A program made the translations under genes and the position numbers. This document shows, piece by piece, positions 12,300-22,000 of a stretch of 64,000 nt of DNA. Positions within the stretch are counted from its first letter, which is position 1, and each line of letters starts with the position of its first letter. This stretch comes from Nemertoderma westbladi (lineage: Eukaryota > Animalia > Xenacoelomorpha). The notes under the pieces were generated by a model, which saw only the letters and a program-made list of their open reading frames with translations, had not been told where the DNA came from and ran no database searches. The stretch is from assembly GCA_032718475.1 (NCBI GenBank), contig JAUCBJ010008077.1:84189-148188 (forward strand). Reading direction: 5' to 3'.

Positions 12300-13864
12300 A
12301 TCGCGTGTCTTTGCGTCGTTCCTTCCGGCATAGGCATCTTCCTATCACTCCTCTGTCGGCTGAAGACATGTAACACGCCATCTGGTGCTCTAATCTGTAT
12401 AGTCTTTTAAGTGAGGCTTTGCTGATGGCTTCCTCCTTCATTATCGAAAAACATATAACCATTCTCTTTTAGAGATCGGCTAGTCACGTCCCAATCGTCG
12501 AGTAAATCGTCGGTAGGGTTCCAAATTCTCCCGATCGACTTTTCATCATCGAAACTAATAGGTTTACCGGTCCAATTGGTCGCGATATCGGTGTCGGTCT
12601 CAAACGTCCCAACTCCGATCCATAATCGAATCGTTTTCGTCAGATATCCTCGCAAGATACAAGGTGCGATATCCGTCCCTGCGCGATCCACTTCCTTAAA
12701 GTCCGTGATATGTGGAGGCACGTTGCGTACGATTTTTTGAACTATTACTTTACGCAACTCGGTTGATTCTAACACATCACCGAAGGTGACCGATGGGAGG
12801 AAATCCAGGTTCGAGATGATCTCCGGGTGTTCAACTATAGGGATCTCGTAAGTTGTCTCCTTCCGGGTCGGTATACTAATAGGAAAACTAGTTGGTCTCG
12901 CAACCGGTACTATCGCTCCAGTAGAATGGGGCTGAGGTTCTCGCGTCATCTCGACATGAGGTATCTGTAGTCTCTGCGACAAACGCTGAGCAAAGGTGAT
13001 ACTATCGAAGAGCTCGGGTGTCATCTCCTTGGGTTCGGTTTGATCGTGGGATATCCAATAGAATGGTAGGCTCGCGAGCCTTCCGCCGAACTCCTCGATC
13101 TCGCCTTTCTCGTACGCCTTGTACGCCCTGTAGAGGCTCAAAGCTTCCCGTTTCTCTTGTGTCGACTTATTAGACTCGTCCACTACCATGCTGTAGACGT
13201 CTGGTTCGACTAATTTAGGTTCGTAAATAACGATCTCACCCGCGTTCGGTCCACTCATTTTAAATGAATGATACGGATTTGTCAAAGGGTATCCGCCTTC
13301 TTGGTAACGTAGACTTTGGTTGTGTGAACATCGCGCTAATATCGGCTCGGGGTTCTCCGAGTTCAACCGCATAGGAATCGCGTTGTTTGCTTGCTCTTGC
13401 TCGCGCATACACGCTCCACATTTATAAAACAGTTTGTATACGGAAAACGCGTCCTTGGTCTCTGGATCCGCTCCTCGAGCGCGTCTATAAAGATGCATTC
13501 CTTAAAATTCGTCTCTAGCTGCAGGTAAGGGTTCGTTTACCGTCAAATATTGCAGCGTATGATACAATCGGCGTATTTCGGTGTCTGGATCCTCGCAAAT
13601 GTCGCTAGCGTCGCATAACGCATCGTAGGGATATAACGCATTGTATTCCGCGCGTAATTCCTCCGTTCTTTTATTGTATGCGTCCAACCGCTGTCGCGTA
13701 ACATTCGGGTCCGCCTTGGATTTTGCGAGCTTGGCTGTACTCCTAGCCATACTCTCCACTCCAAACACACTAAAGTTTTTAGCTCCATAACGATTGAATG
13801 GCGCCTGGTGCTCTTGTTCTTGCGTAAACCCTTGACGTAACTCTTTATACATCTTCTCCGCCAT
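12300..13864 (-). pseudogene. Accessory ORF of element B: unknown N-terminal region plus the start of a DEDD exonuclease
   Basis: ORFs 13502-13864, 12407-13498 and 12167-12376 share one frame, separated by single TAA stops. Ends DW...GYMFFDNEG...TIQIRAPDGVLHVF, matching element C DW...GYMILDDEG...LLHLAAPNGDIFLF. Confidence 0.7.
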
Positions 13865-14598
13865 CGTATACGAATATATGCGGTTACATATCGTTACGTT
13901 TCTACTAGATGAAGCACAAAATAGAGGTTAGATGTGAGGTGACTTAGAGTTTGTCGGCCTTTGGCTCAACTCTGCTCTAAACCCCAACCCATTTTGCCTA
14001 ATGATTTCGGGTTCGCGTGATTTCGCACTGGCTCCTAATCCAAAAAATGTGCCGATAAAAAACGAATTCCGGGTAAACTAGCCGCGAGTCTAAAATACTC
14101 ACCTTTTAATTTCCCAAACTACGTTTCCCAAGAAAATAGTGCAGTCGAGAATTAATTGGTCTAAATAATAGTAGACACGACTACGTAGAACAAGGCCGAT
14201 TTTCTTTTCCAAAAAAAAAATTTATCGGTAGGCTCGCAAGCCTTCCATCTGCTCTTGTCCTCCCCAATTTTAATTTTTATCTAGTTGTATTCTAGAATTT
14301 GCTTTCACTGGAGAATCGTTTTTCTTAAATTTAAATCCAAATAAATGGATTTGTCTAATAATTTTTGAAAAATGTCTCACTTGTGGGTTCCAAGTGGAAT
14401 TCCATTCCTACTGTACACACAATCCCGCTCCTATGTGATACATAAGGGTACTACCAACCATGTTCACGTATAAAGACAATGGAATTCCACCGCTGTCTCT
14501 ATCTACAGTGAAGAGGATTACAAATGCACGTACAGTAATACAAATACAAATAACTAAAATACAGTAGGTCTATGTGGCGGCCAACAAAGGTCCCACAT

Positions 14599-15939
14599 CT
14601 ATTTACTAATATTGGGTGGAGATTTGTAGTCTCCCGTCTCGTTTCTAGTCTCCTCAAGGAGCACGAGACGTTGTACAGGCCTATCTACGGTACGTCCGTC
14701 GATAGTCCTTACAGTAACTGTCCTCACTACACCAGATGTAGGGTGTGTGGTCAAAATGACTCCAGTCAGCCAAAACCGTCTTTTCAGATTAGCTTCAGCC
14801 AATAAAACATGGTCACCACGTCTTAAACATCGGGTATTTAGATACCAAGAGGTTCTGGTCGAAATAGAGGGCAAATAATATTTCTGCCATATTTCCCAGA
14901 ATTTATTTGCAAGTAATTGAGTGATTTTCCAAGCCTTGTTGCCGTATCCGTCACTATCAACGGGTACCGAAATGGGCAACAGTGTCGTCGGCGCCTGCAT
15001 AAGCAGGTGCGCTGGTGTCAAGGCAAACTGTACGTCGTTATTGTCTGGGATCAAAGTGATCGGTCTGGTATTTAAGAGTGCTTCGATTTCTATTAGTAAC
15101 GTCGTCAGTTGGTCGTCTGTCAAGATGTGTTGCGTCGGTACGACTTTAGCCATAGCTGTCTTTATTGAGCCAATCAGCCTTTCCCAAACGCCGCCTCTCC
15201 ACGGACTGTCTGGAGTATTGAAATACCAAACAATACGGTGAGCACGTAGTTCCTCGGAAATCTGGTTTTGGTCCAATTTTCTCAAAGCTCTGGTTATTTC
15301 GTTCCGTGCACCCACAAAGTATGTCCCTTGGTCGCAGTATATGGATTTGACCAATCCACGTCTAGCGATAAATCGCCGTAAGGCTAGGATAAAGGCATTG
15401 GTGGTCAAGTCTGTCACTCGCTCTATATGGACAGCTCTGCCGGCCATGCAAGTGAAGATCAATCCCCAACGTTTTACCTGTACCCTTCCGCGTTTCGCGA
15501 TTATGGGTCCAAAACAGTCTATCCCTGTCTCAGTGAAAGGGGGTCTAAACGCCTGTAATCTAGCTAGTGGTAGTTCATTCATTTCTTGGTGTCCTATCCT
15601 CGCGTGCACCTTCTTACAAATAATACAGTTCCGTGTTACCGAACTCAGTGCCTTACTAGGTCTAATCAGTACAAACCTCGAGCGTAAGTGTGATAGACAG
15701 TGGTGTCTACCTACGTGTTTGAGTTGTACATGTGCGTCCAGTATCATAGCGCGCTGTAACTCATGGTGTTGCGGTATGATGATAGGATACCTAAAGTCAA
15801 GTGCAAAGTCGATGTTTTGGAGTCTGGACTTGTGACAAAGTAAGCCCCGGTAAATAATCGGACTCCAACTCAAAATCGGTGAAGACTTAATCTGTTTACC
15901 TTGTTTGATTGCTGTGAACTCTCGTGCGAAATATCGCAA
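14599..15939 (-). CDS. BEL/Pao integrase of element B (same frame as 16030-23496, one TGA between them)
   Basis: HVQLKH..CIICKK zinc finger, GIDCFGP, YCDQGTYF, GVWERLIG, C-terminal GVVRTVTVRT..RPVQRLVLL. Confidence 0.95.
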   Translation of the reverse strand: MRYFAREFTAIKQGKQIKSSPILSWSPIIYRGLLCHKSRLQNIDFALDFRYPIIIPQHHELQRAMILDAHVQLKHVGRHHCLSHLRSRFVLIRPSKALSSVTRNCIICKKVHARIGHQEMNELPLARLQAFRPPFTETGIDCFGPIIAKRGRVQVKRWGLIFTCMAGRAVHIERVTDLTTNAFILALRRFIARRGLVKSIYCDQGTYFVGARNEITRALRKLDQNQISEELRAHRIVWYFNTPDSPWRGGVWERLIGSIKTAMAKVVPTQHILTDDQLTTLLIEIEALLNTRPITLIPDNNDVQFALTPAHLLMQAPTTLLPISVPVDSDGYGNKAWKITQLLANKFWEIWQKYYLPSISTRTSWYLNTRCLRRGDHVLLAEANLKRRFWLTGVILTTHPTSGVVRTVTVRTIDGRTVDRPVQRLVLLEETRNETGDYKSPPNISK

Positions 15940-16029
15940 TTGATAATGTCTAATGATATCAACTTCACAGTGGTCAATTTCCTTTAAGGTAAGTCTTCTA
16001 GGAAAGTCGCGTTTGCCTCTGGCATATTG

Positions 16030-19000
16030 TCACAATCGTTTGAGCCATGCTAACTTGCGGCACGCGTCAGTCCATGATCTAGTTAGGTTCACTATCCTGT
16101 CAACGTAAGTGTTGGTGACGTCATCGGGTAAGGTGTAGTCGTAGTGTGGATACTTGTCTGGACTTGGTAGGCCCACGGGCCTTCCGGTAGGTTTGTCTGA
16201 GTCCCCAAGTACGTCAATCTCTACGGTCTTACCTTTGCCGTCCGCACCTAATGTGTCGACTGGCAGTAATGGTTTCAACTCTACAGTGTCAGTGTGTTCC
16301 TGTGAGCCTGTAAGCTTCCTAACCTTAGTCACACGTTTACCTGTAGGTAAGTCAAGTACCTTCTTCGAGCGGAGTGTAATCCCTGTGGCCACACCTCTGT
16401 CGTCCAAAGAAGTCAAATTCGGTGAGTCTCTAAAGGTCCGCTCCAATGGGTCTTCTAATGGAGTGTTTAGTAGACAGTCTGGTGAAGCGTCTGGTGAACA
16501 GTCTGGTGAGACGTCTGGTGAGACATAGCGCGGAACATCCAGCGAAATGTCCTGTCGTCGGTCCCAAAGTCTGTCTAGCGTAACTTCTGTCAGAAAGTCT
16601 GGTTCAAAGTCTGGTCTAAAGTCTGGTGGACAGTCTGTCGAGATGTCTGGCGGAAAGTCTGGTGAGACATCCGGTAGACATTCTGTCGAGAGTTCCATCA
16701 AACAACCTGGCGAACAATCCGGAGAACAATCTGGTGTCTCTTCTGGTGAATAGTCTGGCGAGTAATCTGGTGAACAATCCGGCGAAACGTCTGGTGAAAT
16801 CTCCCGCGGAACATCCGGCGAAGGATTCGTACAAGCGTCTGGTCGAATGTCTGGTGAGACGTCTGGCGTAATGTCAGGTCTAGCATCCAGGTCATCAGAT
16901 TTCGTCCGTCCTTTTTTCCTCTTGACCTTGGCGTTGGCTTTCGCTTTAGACTTGACAACCTTGTCGAGTTTTATCTCGGCACCCTCTGGTATGGTGTTGG
17001 TTGTCGCGTCGAATAACGGTGGCCATTCGTCTGATGGTTGCTGTAGGAAATCGGGTCCTCTAAACCAAAAGGATTTATTGTCCAGTTTACAAAAGTCAAG
17101 TGGTTGCATCCCCCGTGACGCGATGTCAGCTGGGTTCAGCTTCCCTGGACAGTGACGCCAATCTTGTTTGAGCGACCGGTCTAATATTTCAGCCCGTCTG
17201 TTGGATACGAAAGTCTTGAACTCAAATGTTTCGTTGTTTATGTACCAAAGTACCAACGTCGCATCCGTCCAATATGTGACCTTCAAGTTAGCCTCCAGCT
17301 CGCGTTGAACTAGACTGACAATATCGGTGGATATCGTCCCGGCTTGCAGCTCCCCACGAGGTACAGTCATATACTTCAATGGCATCGTTCTAGCCCTTGA
17401 AGTAACGAGAGATACATCGTAGCTGTCCGATGTCACTTGTCGTCTAAGGTATAAAGTAACCCCCAATCCATCCTTGCTAGCGTCACTAAAGCTGTGAAGC
17501 TCTAAATCGGCAGGAAAGGTGGTTTGCAAAGGAAAGTATACCCTTGGTATGGTATAGTCTCGTAGGAACATCAGTTGGGCTTCCCAGTCCCTCCATCGCT
17601 CAGCTAACTTTTCTGGGATGGGATCGTCCCATTCCAGTCCGGCTTGCCAAATGCTGCGGAGTATGATCCTAGCATGTAGGATCACTGGACTAATGAAACA
17701 CAATGGGTCATACAATCGACTCATGGTCGATAAGCAAGTCCTCTTAGTGAGAGGTCTAGTCTGGTCGTTGGACCTTACACATACCCTAAAAATGTCGGTG
17801 TTGGGGTCCCAACTAAGTCCTAATACTTTGGTCGTCGGCAGAGGTTCTAAGTCTAAGTCCAAGTCACCTCCGCTGCGATCCATTGGGTCAAATGAGTTCA
17901 CCAGCTCGGGTTCGTTGGAAGCGAACTTCGTCAGGTGAAATCCGCCCTCAGCGAGACAATCCTGGAGTTGGTGTGCTACGGTTGTAGCGCGCTCGAAGGT
18001 GTCACAACTCTTGAGGCCGTCATCCACGTAGAAGTCTCGTTCCACGGTCCGAACTACTTCTGGGTCAAATTGGTCTCGTCTGTCCAATGCTGTCTGCTTT
18101 AAGGCGTACATGGTGCAGTTGGGGCTGTCCCTGGCTCCGAAAACTCTTACCTGCATTTGGTAAGTTTCTGGCAGAAGTTGTAAGTTTCCGTCCGGATACC
18201 AAAGAAACCTCAAACTGTCCCTGTCCCGCTCCAAAGCCTTAACCTGGTGAAACATGGCCTCTACGTCACAGGTGAAAGCCACTTTGCGTTGTCTAAAACG
18301 CATTAGGACTCCCATGAGGTAATTATTCATATTCGGCCCATCCATCAGTTCGCTGTTCATAGACATCCCTTGGTAAAGCGCAGCGCAGTCGTTGACTACA
18401 CGCACCTTGCCAGGTTTGTCCGGGTGTCGAACAAAATGATGTGGCAGGTAATATGTCTGGTCTGTGGTTACCTCGGGATTTAACATCCTAATGGCGTATC
18501 CCTTTTGGAGATACGTCTGAAGTTGTGCATTGTATTGCATATGGGCCGTCTCGTCTCGCAACAATCGCTGCCTGATTGATCTGAGTCGCCTCAAAGCAAG
18601 CGGGTAATTGTTAACGAGCTTTGGTTGTCCATTGCGCCACAACATACCAACCTCATAGTGGCCATTCGCGGTCTGGCGAATGGTATCTCTCATAATATTT
18701 TTTGACCGTTTTTCCTGTTCTGACATAGCAGTCTCGTAACTACCGGGTTCTGCTGAGTCCTGTTCCAACCATTGTATGGTCCGTTCAGTCAGCAGTCGTT
18801 CAAGCGCTGCTTGCACTGCGCCATGGTCCTCGTCCACGTCTTCGTCCGCTGCGGTGGCTAGTGTCAAGGTGTCTGGTAGGCTCGCAAGCCTTCCGGTGTC
18901 ACTAGTCGGCGTCGAATCGTCGTGCGGCGGTTTGACAACTTCTTGATCTGTCGGTAGGCTCGCAAGCCTTCCAAGATCAACGACCGGTGTCGAAGCCTGG

Positions 19001-22000
19001 TGGGTGGGGTCAATGACCTTCGGATTTTTCGGTAGGCTCGCAAGCCTTCCAAAATCCTCGTTCATCGAGTCATCCACGGCAACAAACCTTTGGTCTTCAG
19101 TAGTCAATACAACCTGGTCTACTGCAAGTAGTTGTAAGTCAGAGGTCCGTATGGTCGTGTCCAGATCGGTTACGTCAGTATCGGTGGCGTCTGCGTTAGC
19201 GACGCAAGTCTGTCGTAGTGCCGTCCGTACAATTGGACCACGGGAGTGTGAAGGAGAATTATCTATCGTGTTAGTCAATAAAGTACACGTACTCAAAACG
19301 TCGTCCTCCTGGTCACTTACCTCTAGTGAACGTATTGGTGCTCTAGTATACCAACCTATGGGAGTTCTACATGCGTAGGGGTTGCCCGCTGTAATAACAG
19401 ATGGGCGTGTCTCCCATACCTGATGTAAGTTAAACTGGTCTGTCCCAATTAACATCGCAATGGAACGATAATTAACAGAACATTCCGGTATTCCAAGGTG
19501 TCGGAAATACTTACGATCTTCCGGTGATTGCTCTGGCACAGGGCCGAGCAAGTTACTAAAGTCCTTCGTAGCTGCAAAGGTCAAATTTCTTACCGGAAGT
19601 AATGAGCGCTCCTCCTTGCTGTGTTCCTCTTTGGAAAGAAGAGTGTCTAAGGTTAATTTTACTCTTGTCATAGGGATCGCTCTCTTACCATGCATGCTGC
19701 TTACAGTATACTGAGCAGTCTTACCTTGACTCATGTCCGTAACTACGTCGGCTACTTGTTCGTCGACATAACTATGCGATGACGCAGAGTCTAAGATGGC
19801 GTATATACGCTTGCTCCCTCGGGTTCCGGTAATCTTTATAGGAATCACGCTAAACCCTTTCAATTGGTTCTGTGTGAGGAGCGTTATCGATGGCTGTTCC
19901 TCACCTGCATGCACGTAGAAAGTGTCGTCTTCCTCCTCGTCCTCGTCCGATGATCCTGACTGATCCATACAGTCGGTATAAAAGGTACGGATCTCGCGCG
20001 GCGCACGCTCCTTATAAAGCGCGTCGCATCTAGCCGCTTTATCTGGATGCTCTCGTCGAAAGCGTCTGGTCGGAGTATGACTGGTTGTGTGAAGCAACGC
20101 GTCATGGTTACGTCCACACAGAGAACATGTATCGTCGCTCGGGCAATCCTTCCGGACGTGTCCTGGCTTCATACATCTCCAACAGGAATCTAGAGATCGG
20201 ATTTGGAGTCTCCTCTCCTCGATCCCTAACTCTTTAAAAGCGCGACATCCACATAGTTTATGTTCGCTATGGTTTCTGCCGTTCCGCTCGCAGTATGAGC
20301 ATCCCACAAAGTCCGCCGGCAACTGTTGTCGTGGCTGCGTGGTGCCGATAGGCGTCAGAACTTTAGAAGTCTCAGTAGGGGTGGCGTAAGTAACGGCTTT
20401 CGCGTTCGTCGGAAATGGTTTAGTCCGATTCGGCGCAGAAACAGCTATCCCTTCCGCCGCGATATGGTGATCGGTATAGTTCGATCGAGTCTCGATCACG
20501 GCCTCCCGTGAAATAAGTTGATAGACATCGGTGAGTTTTAATAACCCTCCGGCCTCTTCGCGCTGGTACTCGATGCGTCGCCATTCTCGTCGTAGTCGAT
20601 GGTGAAGTCGACCGATTATTCGAATGAGAACCGTCGGTGCGTTAGCGTACTCGAGTTGTCCAATGGACCGTAAAGTCCCTATAGCGTTCTTTATTTCGTC
20701 CGCGAGTCGTAAAAGGTCGATCGGTCTCGAAATGTTGCCTCCTCTGCAGAGGTCTTCATTGATGGATTTAGCCATGGCGACATTACCGCCGTAAATCGAA
20801 TACAAACGGTCGTACGCCAATTCAAAGGCATCGGGAACTCCAATAAAGGTTTCCACTAATCGTTTCGGCTCACCAGACAGGACTTGGAGCAAGTAATTAA
20901 ACTTCTCCGTCGAGGTGAAAGCACACTTAGCGATCTGGGACTCTACGTAGTCTACCAGTGTGCGCCAGTGTTTCGCGTTGCCAGAGAACTTCGGCGGTTG
21001 CTGTGCCGGTAATCCGTGTCTAGCCGCGAATTTCGCAATCTCGCTAACCAAATCCAACTGTCCGCGTCCCTGTTCGGTGGCGTCGTCCAGTCGCTCCCTT
21101 CCGCGCGTTGTTCGTCGGTAGGAATTATTAACGGGATCTTCTTCTCGATGTGTCGGAGTCCATCTAGTCTCCTGTTCTCTCCTCGGTGGTCGATGTTGTC
21201 TAGGTTGTTCCAACTCCACGCTGGTTCGTGATCGATCCGACGGTTGCGCTTCGAGTCGCTCTTCTATCTGAGCTAGTCGGTCCGCTACAGGTTGCATTAT
21301 TTCGGCGAGTCTGTTGGTGCTGATCGCTTCCGCTGGTTGCAACGTGGGTTTCTGTTGGGGTGTTTCTCGAGGTGGATTGTCGATGTAGGGATTCGTCGAC
21401 CTCTCCTCTCGTTTGTAATCTTCCGCCGCTCCAGTACGGAATATTTCCCGTTCCGTCGACTCCGAGTCGCTAGATGAGTCGCTGTCGTCCGGATAAGGTG
21501 GCTGGCGGGTTCGTGTCCGGCGTATTATTCTCGGTTTCGTCCGTTGTGGTCTGGAATCTACGGCTCTCCGTTGTTCGGTAGGCTCGCAAGCCTTCCACGA
21601 AGTCGTAGGTCTCGCTATACGTTGTCCGATCCCGTGGGTACTACCCACATCCATCCTCCTCCGTAGTTCGGTAGGCTCGCAAGCCTTCCACGAAGTCGTA
21701 GGTTGCGTCGAACATTGTGTCAACGGTCGAGTGAAATAGTCGGGTTTCGTAGTCGGTCTGTAAATAACTGGATTTGCACAGCACGTCACAGGTTTAACTT
21801 GTAATGGTTTACTCACCTGTTTAATGGTCATAAACGCAGGTTCCTCTCTTCCTACAAGTAGACTACGACTTACTGTAGGTGGACTAGTTATGTTACCTGC
21901 TAAAATTGGCGATGAAGTCGCCCTAGGTTGCGGTATTTCCGTCACAACAAACCTGTTGCCTTGCGTCGAACGCATAGGCGTTATTTCCTTAGGTTTCGTA

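Larger units (their letters stand above)
6125..12340 (-). mobile_element. BEL/Pao LTR retrotransposon A: 5'-truncated, RT and integrase deleted, carries a 3' accessory ORF
   Basis: Gag-protease ORF with BEL motifs, zinc-knuckle accessory ORF, and a PPT-like tract followed by TGT. Both ends approximate. Confidence 0.75.

Noticed and set aside
12407-13864. Accessory ORFs as env genes
   Set aside because: No signal peptide, furin site, transmembrane anchor or Cys-rich ectodomain is visible.
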